A stretch of 64,000 nucleotides of DNA, taken from Syntrophorhabdaceae bacterium. GTDB lineage: Bacteria > Desulfobacterota > Syntrophorhabdia > Syntrophorhabdales > Syntrophorhabdaceae. Position numbers and translations under genes: made by a program. This document shows positions 45,481 through 54,726 of this stretch, piece by piece; position 1 is the first letter of the stretch; each line of letters begins with the position of its first letter. Location: NCBI GenBank assembly GCA_963665295.1, contig OY762209.1:3712001-3776000 (forward strand). Reading direction: 5' to 3'. Under the pieces are notes generated by a model. The model had not been told where the DNA came from. It worked only from the letters and a program-made list of their open reading frames with translations, and made no database searches.

Positions 45481-47450
45481 ATCCGCTGACGGAGGGAAAG
45501 AAGATTACGCTGGGATATGACTATTTCGCTAAAGGCTTCACCGCCCCCCAGCTATTGGAGGCATATTACAGGCTGATTGCTGACAAGGAGCAGGCGCGTT
45601 TACTCTTTGAGACAGCCTCCATTGACCAAGTGGATGAGGTCTACAACCCCGGAGATGCCTATGACGAGAATGACCGGATGACGACCAAGGAAATGGTGAT
45701 GGAGGCTGTCTCGGTCCAAAAGTTCGCCCGAACGGATACCAAAATGGCGGCACTCGTACGTGTCTTCAATGCTTATCTGAAGGACAAGAATATTGAAGCC
45801 CAGGTGCCCATCATCGGTACACCAAGGAAGTCAGGCCTCTTCGCAACTGTGACTGTGCAGATTCCATTCAGCGACGGCCAAGTGGTGAGTATCATATTCC
45901 ACAGTCCGGACAACAATAAGATGAAGATCACGGCTGATGATGAAATCATTGCTTTCCGTTGGCTCCTGAACAAGAGGGACATCACTCACGTCGTTTCCCC
46001 GGAGAACGATGCCGAAGTCAGTTTGCAGGAAATCGGCAAACGAACCGCTCAATTGGTTGAAAAGAACAGTGCTCGCTTCCAGGCCATGCAAAAGGGTCTG
46101 ATTGAGCAGAAGAAGAATCTCGAAGAGATTAAAACACAGGCCGAAGAAGCAGTGAGACAGCACGATGAACTCATGGGCAAGCTCAAGGAAGGCCAGGGTG
46201 TCTTGGAGACGATAGATGCAAAGATTGCCAACCTGAAAGACCGGATAGTCAAGCAGAAAGCGTTTAACGATGATCTACAAACGAAGATCGACGCGCTGAA
46301 GGCAAAGCGGGCCGGGAATGATGGGAAAGCGGTAGGCGGGGATACGCCGAAGACGGAGGCAGAGATAAAGGCCGAGCACGAACGGGCTGCCTACGAAGAG
46401 AAACGTTCGGCGCTGGGAAGCGAGCTTACGGGTCGCGGGTTTATCGACAACGGCATGGGATGCGTATGGGATAAGGAAGGTTTCGGATATGCCCAGGCCA
46501 GTGGTGTGGATGGATACGGTATTACGGTCGGGCTTGCTGATGGAAGCAAGAAGACCTTCTCCTCGGCCACCCTCGCGGGATTCGACAAACAGGCCTCCAA
46601 CGCTCTCGCCTGGATCGACAAGAACCTTAAAGGGGTAGCGACTCCCGAGATCACGATTGACCCCGCTCTTTCTTCCATGGATGCGACTGCTGGTTTTGCT
46701 GAGTTTGTCGCGAAACAGGACGAGGGACACAATGAGGGTTACAGCCCAAAAGAAAGCGTCTTGAATATCGACGCCGTTGCAAAGAGTGAGGGTCTGGAAG
46801 CCCAATGGTCGGAAGGGGAGGATGACGGGATGCCAATTGCGGTTGGTACTTTCACTATATCGAATGGCAATCAGATCGGCGGGACCCAGATCAGCCCGGA
46901 CGGAAAGGCCGTCTTTCTTCTGAACGGCGAGCGGTACCGAGGTAGTTACTACCTGGCAACCGCCGATGGTGAGACCCAGGATGCGGCCGTGAAAGAAATC
47001 GCCGGAATCATCAAGGCGAAAGCCGAGAAGGACGAAAGGAGCAATCAGGCAGATGAAACGAATCGCCTTATCGAAGTAGGGAAAGGGGTAGTACCGGGTG
47101 TCCGTCTGCAGGACGCAGAAGAAGCAGGAAGATTGTGGGAAATGAAGGGTCGCGGCGAGTTGACCCAAGAGGAATGGGATAAGTACGTTGCCGATCTCCA
47201 GGCATCCAATAAGGTGGCAGCACCTGAGCCTCAGTCTAAGAGCTCCACGGAGACCGATGGCCCAGCAGCCATAAGCGTGCTCAACGATATCCTGGCAGGG
47301 AAGTACGACGACGATTCTACGAGGTTGGGCGAGGCCCTTGATCAGGCAGCTTCCGAACTGGAAAGGGACGGAAAAGCCGAGGCGTATGATGCGTTGCTTA
47401 ACCAGTGCGCCGATTACTTGACATCCATTCTGAAGAAGGAGGCAGCCTAA
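45477..47450 (+). CDS. darA: Defence-against-restriction internal head protein DarA-like
   Basis: IPFSDGQVVSIIFHSPD...AFRWLLNKRDITHVVSPE...LVEKNSARFQ; helical C-terminal domain. Confidence 0.85.
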   Translation: MNPLTEGKKITLGYDYFAKGFTAPQLLEAYYRLIADKEQARLLFETASIDQVDEVYNPGDAYDENDRMTTKEMVMEAVSVQKFARTDTKMAALVRVFNAYLKDKNIEAQVPIIGTPRKSGLFATVTVQIPFSDGQVVSIIFHSPDNNKMKITADDEIIAFRWLLNKRDITHVVSPENDAEVSLQEIGKRTAQLVEKNSARFQAMQKGLIEQKKNLEEIKTQAEEAVRQHDELMGKLKEGQGVLETIDAKIANLKDRIVKQKAFNDDLQTKIDALKAKRAGNDGKAVGGDTPKTEAEIKAEHERAAYEEKRSALGSELTGRGFIDNGMGCVWDKEGFGYAQASGVDGYGITVGLADGSKKTFSSATLAGFDKQASNALAWIDKNLKGVATPEITIDPALSSMDATAGFAEFVAKQDEGHNEGYSPKESVLNIDAVAKSEGLEAQWSEGEDDGMPIAVGTFTISNGNQIGGTQISPDGKAVFLLNGERYRGSYYLATADGETQDAAVKEIAGIIKAKAEKDERSNQADETNRLIEVGKGVVPGVRLQDAEEAGRLWEMKGRGELTQEEWDKYVADLQASNKVAAPEPQSKSSTETDGPAAISVLNDILAGKYDDDSTRLGEALDQAASELERDGKAEAYDALLNQCADYLTSILKKEAA

Positions 47451-47451
47451 C

Positions 47452-48912
47452 ATGCGACTCTCATTCTCTGAAAAAAGGGCACTTCAAAAGACCATTATGA
47501 CAAACCTCGCCAGCCTCCAAGGAAGTGATTTGTCCTTCCAGGACAAAAGACGGTTCCAGAAGGAAATCCAGGACGCCTTTGCCAAGCTCAAGGAGAAACT
47601 GGACATCGTTGATACCGGCGAACCACAGATGGGGCCTGCAACGATGGACGACGTCAATAATGTCATGCCTTTATTGCAACACTTTATCGGTGCATCCCAG
47701 TTAGCCGCGATGGGAGATGGCGTGCGGGGTGAGGAGGGACAATTCTTCAAAGACAAGTTTATCGAAATTGCCAGAACCATTGACGCCATGCCGAAGACCT
47801 ACGGTCAGGACGGCAAAGGTGACGATGCGATGGTGTACCTCCACTATTTCAAGGGTGGGTCCGATTGGTATATCACGGAAAAAGATCAAGAGACGGAGCA
47901 AGCCCAGGCGTTCGGTTATGCAATTCTGAATGGCGACAAGCAGAACGCCGAATTGGGGTATATCAGCATTGAGGAGTTGACAAAGCTCGGCGTCGAGCTT
48001 GATCTGTATTGGAGTCCCAAAACGCTCGGAGAGATCAAAGGCACCGCGCCCGCGCAGGGAAAAGCCTCCGGGAACGAAAATCAGAGACTATCTGACCTGA
48101 TTGCCGGCAAATACAATAACGAGCCACCGGAGGGGTTCCTGAAGATCTTGAAGGAGATCATAGAGGAAATCAACGACATTGAGCCTGTAAAGCCGCCCAC
48201 CATCACCTACATCGAGACGAACCAGGACAAGATCAATTCGATCATGGAAAGCGCCCTGGAAGAGGTCTTTGGGAGACTGTGGGAGAAGACGAGTGGATTT
48301 CCTCCTCGACCAATAGAAACATTGTCTTCGCCACAACCGGCCAGTGATGCCGTAAGGATCAAGAATCAGGACGGCGACTATGGGCCGCCGAGGAAGATCA
48401 GCATTGACATCGATGACGATTTCTATGGCCCGACCGCGTTTCGCGCGGTGATCAGAGCCATTGAAGAGGCCCGGGCGGGAGACACGATTGAAATCAAGGT
48501 GAATTCGAACGGGGGAGATACCCAGTCGGCACAGGCCATTTATGTGGCCTTGTTGAAGACGCTGGCGAAGACGAAAGCGATCATCATCAACGCCTATTCC
48601 GCGGGAAGCATCGTCGCAATGGCCTGCGATGAGATAGAGCCGACGCCATTCTGCAGCATGATGGTCCATAATGCTTCCACATTCAGCGGGGGTAAACTCG
48701 GGGACCTGGCTGGTAAGGCTACATTCTTGAATGACTATTTTGGTGAGTGGTATCAGCAGCTTTACGCCGGATTCCTCTCTGATGAGGAATTGAAGGACGT
48801 TATCAAGGGTCAGGATTTCTGGCTGAAAGAACCTCAGATAAGGGAACGCCTGAAGAACTGGAAACCGATCCGTCAGCGGTTACAGGAAAACGGAACGATC
48901 AAGGCTGCCTGA
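47452..48912 (+). CDS. DdrA-like protein with DUF2958-like insert and C-terminal ClpP-like protease
   Basis: Duplicated N-terminal helix; YLHYF..SDWYITE...ELGYISIEEL...DLYW; VNSNGGD, AYSAGS, MVHN, DFWL. Confidence 0.7.
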   Translation: MRLSFSEKRALQKTIMTNLASLQGSDLSFQDKRRFQKEIQDAFAKLKEKLDIVDTGEPQMGPATMDDVNNVMPLLQHFIGASQLAAMGDGVRGEEGQFFKDKFIEIARTIDAMPKTYGQDGKGDDAMVYLHYFKGGSDWYITEKDQETEQAQAFGYAILNGDKQNAELGYISIEELTKLGVELDLYWSPKTLGEIKGTAPAQGKASGNENQRLSDLIAGKYNNEPPEGFLKILKEIIEEINDIEPVKPPTITYIETNQDKINSIMESALEEVFGRLWEKTSGFPPRPIETLSSPQPASDAVRIKNQDGDYGPPRKISIDIDDDFYGPTAFRAVIRAIEEARAGDTIEIKVNSNGGDTQSAQAIYVALLKTLAKTKAIIINAYSAGSIVAMACDEIEPTPFCSMMVHNASTFSGGKLGDLAGKATFLNDYFGEWYQQLYAGFLSDEELKDVIKGQDFWLKEPQIRERLKNWKPIRQRLQENGTIKAA

Positions 48913-48913
48913 A

Positions 48914-51022
48914 ATGCCAACTCCGCTTGTCAAAAAGCTTGCCGAGGAAAATGGCATCGACATTCAGGAAGCCGAGAAGTGGTGGGATAAGGCAATGAAG
49001 ATTGTCGAGGAACAGGCCGGTTTGTCCGAGGATGATGGAGAAGACTACTGGAAGTATGTGGTCGGGGTTTTCAAGAAGTCCATGGGCGCCGGCGAGGATG
49101 ACAGCATTTCGGAAAGCTCCGGTGGCCGCCCTGGGAAAAAGGATAGGTTAAAAGTGGTATACCCCCAACGAGTCCGAGAAGCGAGGTCGTTCTCGGAGAT
49201 CCTGCAAATCTTCTCCATGCTGTTTCCGTACGCCGTGGATTCGCATTCATGGGATGCAGAATACGAGGCGGCAAAGAAATTCAGGGTTCTTTTCGAAGGG
49301 TTTCAACAGGAATCCGATGTTGAACGTAAATATGAGATTGCCTGCGAGATGGAGGAGTTCTCCCGGTCATTTCGTTATAAAGGCGGTTTTCTGACCATGG
49401 CTGGCGATGGTGCGGAGTCGAGAGAGGTATTGAAATTTGTGGCGCCCTCATCGATTGGCGCATTTCTTCTGGAAAGAAACTGTCAGGAGGGTGAAAACGC
49501 CATCGCAGAGATCATTCCCGATTACAAGGAGAAGTTGAGCGCCCAACGAGACCTTCAGGCAAGAATGGACCAGATAGAAAGAGATTATGGCCTTAATCTA
49601 TCCGACACGTTACTCAGGAAGAAGGAAGAGGTTGATTCCGCGAAGCGAGAGTGTGGCGTCCTTGGTCTGCAGACCAGAGCGGATGCGTTAAAAAATGAAC
49701 AATGGGAGTGGACAAGAAACCACACAAGGACTATGCCGCTTCGTAGTGAAGCAGAGGCTTATGCAAGGTGGCAGCGGGAGCTTGATGACTATAACGGAGA
49801 AAAAGGTAAGCGATTTCAAGAACTTATGGACAAGTCCTATGAACTCGAAAATATTCATGTAAAACCCGTGCGTGACAGATGGAACGCTGAGATCGCACAG
49901 GCCGAAAACGAGAGAAACAGAGAGGTTTCCCTCTTACAAGAGGCCGAGAGGGAGCTTGAGGACGCAGTCGGTGGAGCCCTTATCTTCAAGATACTGGAGT
50001 CATCTCCTGTAACCAAAGAAGATGCAGGCCAATGGGTAAAGAACCAGAGGGTGAGTAAGTCGGCAGTTATCCGACTGAAGAAGCAGGGATATGAAGAAAG
50101 TGCCCTTAGGGATCACATGGCCGAATTCTATAGACTGACAGGCGGAAGGATCGGAAAGGCTTTTATCGAAACGAAGGGAGACAAGAGGGCGAAGGCTGCC
50201 TTTTGGGATGGAACTATCTATATTGACGGAAGTTTTACGAAGCGGACCCTCTTTCACGAGATGGGGCACCTACTGGAAAGAGAGCCAAAATTAGAGGCCA
50301 TGGCAGAGACATTCCGTGACGGGAGGGCAAAGAAGGAAAAGGGAACGAAGACTCTGAAAAGCATCACGAACAATCCGGCGTACCGGTCTGATGAGGTCGC
50401 CTACACCGATGACTTTTTTGATCCTTATGTTGGAAAAGTCTATAGGAACAATTGCACTGAAGTGCTTTCCATGGGGACGCAAATGTTTTCTTCTCCTCAA
50501 GATGCCACGTTTCTGGCAAGTCGGGATCCACAGATGTTCAATATGATGCTGGGCTTCATGCTCTCCAAGCCCACTGCCCGCGAGATCGCCAAAAAAGAGA
50601 TGATTCAGGAAGTGGCTTCGGACATGGTGAGCGAACGAGACCGGCTTGATAAGTTCTACCAAACCCTGACGAAAAGGGCCAAGGATGGTTCGTTTTGGGA
50701 AGGGAAAGGCTCTGGATTGATTTCCAGGCTTGAAGGTTACGGCAACGGAAAGGGAAGCGGGAAGACAATGGTTCTTTACTACTATCCCGGAGATCTGCAG
50801 CAGGGACCGGGTGAGTATGTGCAGTCGAGCTTTTTCAAAAACAGACAGGCAGCAAAAAACTTTGCCTATCTCTACCTTCTTTATGTCCAGAAGGGAATCA
50901 TAACCAGCAAGGATGAAGCCTCCCGTCTCAGCTATGCCATAGCTAACTGTGTGCTGAGAAAGACAATACCTCCAAAACTGACAATTGACGATCTTCCAAC
51001 GTTTATCGAGGAGTTGAAATGA
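48914..51022 (+). CDS. Putative internal head protein with coiled coil and HExxH zincin-like domain
   Basis: TLFHEMGHLLE...YVGKVY...TEVLSMG; location in the dar cluster. Confidence 0.7.
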   Translation: MPTPLVKKLAEENGIDIQEAEKWWDKAMKIVEEQAGLSEDDGEDYWKYVVGVFKKSMGAGEDDSISESSGGRPGKKDRLKVVYPQRVREARSFSEILQIFSMLFPYAVDSHSWDAEYEAAKKFRVLFEGFQQESDVERKYEIACEMEEFSRSFRYKGGFLTMAGDGAESREVLKFVAPSSIGAFLLERNCQEGENAIAEIIPDYKEKLSAQRDLQARMDQIERDYGLNLSDTLLRKKEEVDSAKRECGVLGLQTRADALKNEQWEWTRNHTRTMPLRSEAEAYARWQRELDDYNGEKGKRFQELMDKSYELENIHVKPVRDRWNAEIAQAENERNREVSLLQEAERELEDAVGGALIFKILESSPVTKEDAGQWVKNQRVSKSAVIRLKKQGYEESALRDHMAEFYRLTGGRIGKAFIETKGDKRAKAAFWDGTIYIDGSFTKRTLFHEMGHLLEREPKLEAMAETFRDGRAKKEKGTKTLKSITNNPAYRSDEVAYTDDFFDPYVGKVYRNNCTEVLSMGTQMFSSPQDATFLASRDPQMFNMMLGFMLSKPTAREIAKKEMIQEVASDMVSERDRLDKFYQTLTKRAKDGSFWEGKGSGLISRLEGYGNGKGSGKTMVLYYYPGDLQQGPGEYVQSSFFKNRQAAKNFAYLYLLYVQKGIITSKDEASRLSYAIANCVLRKTIPPKLTIDDLPTFIEELK

Positions 51023-54000
51023 TTGAAGAGATGCAGTATCCGGTAACGCCCTATGCTTTCGACATCGAAACGTCTATGGGCGATCTGCGCATTGAGATGG
51101 AGTCCACGGAGTTTGATGCTCCTTCAAAATTCGAGATCAAGACCTATGGCGGGAATGCGGCTCCGGAATCGGTTTTGAGAAGATACTTTCATGAATTCGG
51201 GTTCGGGATGAGGGGCCATAGAATAGAGATGGAAGGTGATCGAGCCTTTCCATCCGATTTCTACCATGTTTTGACCATGAGCCGCACCTATCTTCAAGAG
51301 GGGAAGCAAAGCAGCATTCTCGACTTCCAAATTATGGGGTTTGTTCCGCGTAAAGGGTATGTAGACTTATTTGTCGGTCCAGAAGGTGATGGTGAAGACG
51401 ATAACATTTTGGAGAGCGCCGAGAGCGTTCTCATGACTCTCACGGGCAAGGAATTGGGCGAGAATATTGATTCAGAGAGCGCCGTCGAGGTAGCCAAGAA
51501 CTATTACAGAGCCAAAATGCAGGGGAAAATAGTAACACGGCCAAGCGTGGGCGATGTACGCTTTTCCGGCAAGGGATGGAAGAAATTCAGGCGAGGCATA
51601 ACAACGGACATCAAGAAGGCCAAACTACTGCCTGCGGCCCCTGTCGTCGTTCGACTCGGAAAGCACTCCGTCTCGGAACTCTACAAGAGCCGTCCCGATA
51701 ATATTGTCCGATTCCATTTTTTTGATGGGAAGATTGAACTCGAAGGCCAAGTCCTGCTTGTCGGTGTGACTGTTGGAGAAGACGACAGAGGTTGTCTCTT
51801 TTATAATCTCAATCATGACCCAGATGTTCTCATAGAAAAACGAAAGGCCCCAAGTTTGCCCAGGTTAGAAGCCCGGGGGTTGGAGCCCTCCATCGGGGAG
51901 CATGATGCTCACCGCAATAGAAGTATAGACGCAGAAGACCGTGATGTCAACATTACGGAATCTGCCTCCATCGATAGGGAAGCCAACAAAGCGGCGTCTT
52001 CTCCAAAAAATAGCCTTCCCGAGCCCACGGAGGCCCAAAAAGAAGCCGGGAATTACCGCAAGGGTCATGTGACTATTCGCGGCCTGGACATCGCTATCGA
52101 GAACCCCGCAGGGTCCGAACGGTCCGGTGTCAACCGGGATGGAAAGAAATGGACATCGAAGATGCGTCACCACTATGGCTATTTCAAAGGTACGAGGGGG
52201 CGCGACAAAGATCATCTTGACGTCTTCCTCGGTCCGGATCCCGAGAACGCAGACAAGGTGTTCATCGTAAACCAGACAAGCCAGGCTACGGGTTCTTTCG
52301 ATGAGCACAAGATCATGTGGGGGTTTGAAACTGAAGACGAGGCGCGTGCGGCCTATCTCTCCAATTACGAAGAGGGATGGCAGGGCCTTGGGAGCATCTG
52401 CACCTTGTTCGTTGACGAATTCAAGGACTGGCTGAAGAACGGAGACACTACTATACCGGTCGAAAGGGGGGTGACCGGGTCGTATCACCAAGACCCATCC
52501 TGGGTCGGTGTTGATTTGGACGGCACGCTTGCAAAGTACGACGGCTGGGTAGGAGAGGATCACATCGGTGAGCCCATTCCCCTCATGATGGCTTTCGTAA
52601 AGCGCCTCGTAAGGGAAGGCAAAAGGGTAAAGATATTCACTGCCAGAGCGTCAGACCCTGAGAAGATACCGCCCGTCAAGAAATGGCTTGAAAGGAATGG
52701 CCTGGGAGACCTTGAAGTAACCAACGTCAAGGATCAGAACATGACCATGCTTTATGATGACCGGGCGGCGAAGGTTATAGCCAACACGGGCGTCATCCTC
52801 GAGAAAGCACGCCAAAGCGCGATAATGGAACGCAGTCGAGCAACTTATTTCCGTGGTGCTGTTCAAGGGGCAGTTTCCTTTGACGACATCGAGGATGTTT
52901 TTGCTGCCACGTTTGGCCCTATCGTGGTCAAACGGTTCATATTTGGGGAGATATCGGAACTGGAAAATCAGATTAAGGCTATGCGTGAGAAGCTCGCTCA
53001 GGTGATGCTGGACAATGACGGTACCGGGATCGTCCAGGGAGAAAAGACGACCGCCTATCTGAACGACAACTCGCCCATTGATCTTCAGTATGCCGTGATC
53101 GGGGCGGATCGCCTTGTTACGTCTCATACCGACGAACTGTCTCTAAATCGGGACTTCTCGCAGGACCTCCAACCCCGGGATCGCGCCCGGGAGGGCATGA
53201 GGTTACAAGTCGAGCAGATGGCGGGTAAGCTGAATCCAGAACGCCTTGGAGAATCTACAAGCGTTTCAACGGGAGCACCCATCATTGGTCAGGACCTCAC
53301 GGTCGAATCAGGCAATGGACGGACCATTGCCATACGAAAAGCCTACACGGCGGGGGAGAAGGGTCAGGAATACAAACAATGGCTCGTTACGAATGCCGAT
53401 CAGTTCGGGATTTCCGGTAAAGCCATTGAGAGTATGGAAAGACCGGTATTGGTAAGGATTCGTCTTACGGAAATTGATCGTTCCGAATTTGCACGGAAAG
53501 CCAATGAAGACGAAATCGCACAGATGGCGCCTTCGGAACTGGCCAAGGCGGATGCTGCAAGGCTGACCAATGACGACATAGCCTTTTTTCAGCCTTCCGA
53601 TGATGGCAATATTGCGGCAACCACGAACCGAGCCTTTATCGCCAAGTTCGTAGAGAAGATGGGAGTTACCGCATCCACCGGATACATGACGAAAGACGGA
53701 AGATACACAAAGCAGCTCATTGACCGGGTGCAGGCCGCTATTTTTCAGAAAGCATACCAAGATGAAGACCTGCTGATTCTCATGGCGGAAGAAGCCGACC
53801 CGAAGATAAAGAACATTTTGAGTGCAATGACTGTCGCCGCGGGCGAATTCTCCGGGGCAAAGGCCGCTGACCAGGATCTCATGGGAATCGATATCCCACA
53901 TCACATCATAGAAGCTGCAAAACTGATAAAGAAGGCAAGGCAAGATGGAGATGCTATCGAGATGGTATTAGCCCAGGGTGGCTTTTTCGAAGCCATATCC

Positions 54001-54723
54001 GAAGATACGAAGCATATCACCCGATTCATCGACAGCAATATCCGATCCGCAAAACGCATGGGCGCCGTCTTTAAGGAGGCGGCGAGCATGCTCAAAAGGC
54101 GTCTGATAGACGAGAAGACACCTAAGTTGATCGCCATGGAAGAGCCATTGCCCACCCCGACCCAGATCCTCACCCGGGCCATAGAAAAGGAAAAGGCGGC
54201 AAGAGAAGTCGGCGAAAACCTTTTTGAGGCGGCCGGAGAATTTGACTGGCGGGAGGCTATAGAAGCCGCGGCAACTTTTGAGGATATTCAGGCCGTTTTC
54301 GAGAGTAAGTTTCCAGAAGTATTCAAAACCGGCAGGGGAAAGCAAACATTCCCTAAGCCTAAAAGAAATATGATGATCAATACCGACAATGGAGAGACAA
54401 CAATAAATCACCTCTTGTCACGCATGGCGCGTGCAAGAGGTGACCAGAAAAGAGACCTGTACTTGTCTACCTACGGCGACGATAGGCGCGCTCTCATAGA
54501 GGCGGCAATTCTGAAATTGCCGGCAGGGGAATACACACTGTCAATAGAAGGCAGGGCAGCGCCTTCACTTCAACGGACAATCATAGACAAATATGGGGTG
54601 TGGGTTGGGGTTGATGTCACTGAACCTCTTGTTCGGGGGATGGCGGTCAAGTATCCAGAAGCAATTCAAGCAACATTCACTCTTGGGTTACAGGAAATAA
54701 GAATAATTACGCGGAGGAGATAA
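51019..54723 (+). CDS. ddrB: DdrB-like polyvalent protein: LPD3-like, inorganic-pyrophosphatase-like, HAD-like and ddrB-ParB domains
   Basis: AGNYRKGH...DKDHLDVF...FDEHK; VDLDGTLA...LYDD; LQPRDR...GAPII...VESGNGR. Confidence 0.75.
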   Translation: MIEEMQYPVTPYAFDIETSMGDLRIEMESTEFDAPSKFEIKTYGGNAAPESVLRRYFHEFGFGMRGHRIEMEGDRAFPSDFYHVLTMSRTYLQEGKQSSILDFQIMGFVPRKGYVDLFVGPEGDGEDDNILESAESVLMTLTGKELGENIDSESAVEVAKNYYRAKMQGKIVTRPSVGDVRFSGKGWKKFRRGITTDIKKAKLLPAAPVVVRLGKHSVSELYKSRPDNIVRFHFFDGKIELEGQVLLVGVTVGEDDRGCLFYNLNHDPDVLIEKRKAPSLPRLEARGLEPSIGEHDAHRNRSIDAEDRDVNITESASIDREANKAASSPKNSLPEPTEAQKEAGNYRKGHVTIRGLDIAIENPAGSERSGVNRDGKKWTSKMRHHYGYFKGTRGRDKDHLDVFLGPDPENADKVFIVNQTSQATGSFDEHKIMWGFETEDEARAAYLSNYEEGWQGLGSICTLFVDEFKDWLKNGDTTIPVERGVTGSYHQDPSWVGVDLDGTLAKYDGWVGEDHIGEPIPLMMAFVKRLVREGKRVKIFTARASDPEKIPPVKKWLERNGLGDLEVTNVKDQNMTMLYDDRAAKVIANTGVILEKARQSAIMERSRATYFRGAVQGAVSFDDIEDVFAATFGPIVVKRFIFGEISELENQIKAMREKLAQVMLDNDGTGIVQGEKTTAYLNDNSPIDLQYAVIGADRLVTSHTDELSLNRDFSQDLQPRDRAREGMRLQVEQMAGKLNPERLGESTSVSTGAPIIGQDLTVESGNGRTIAIRKAYTAGEKGQEYKQWLVTNADQFGISGKAIESMERPVLVRIRLTEIDRSEFARKANEDEIAQMAPSELAKADAARLTNDDIAFFQPSDDGNIAATTNRAFIAKFVEKMGVTASTGYMTKDGRYTKQLIDRVQAAIFQKAYQDEDLLILMAEEADPKIKNILSAMTVAAGEFSGAKAADQDLMGIDIPHHIIEAAKLIKKARQDGDAIEMVLAQGGFFEAISEDTKHITRFIDSNIRSAKRMGAVFKEAASMLKRRLIDEKTPKLIAMEEPLPTPTQILTRAIEKEKAAREVGENLFEAAGEFDWREAIEAAATFEDIQAVFESKFPEVFKTGRGKQTFPKPKRNMMINTDNGETTINHLLSRMARARGDQKRDLYLSTYGDDRRALIEAAILKLPAGEYTLSIEGRAAPSLQRTIIDKYGVWVGVDVTEPLVRGMAVKYPEAIQATFTLGLQEIRIITRRR

Positions 54724-54726
54724 TAA

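Noticed and set aside
42360..47453. Long minus-strand ORFs 42360-43427, 43613-44734 and 46275-47453
   Set aside because: Antisense to the fibre, Mtd-like and darA genes
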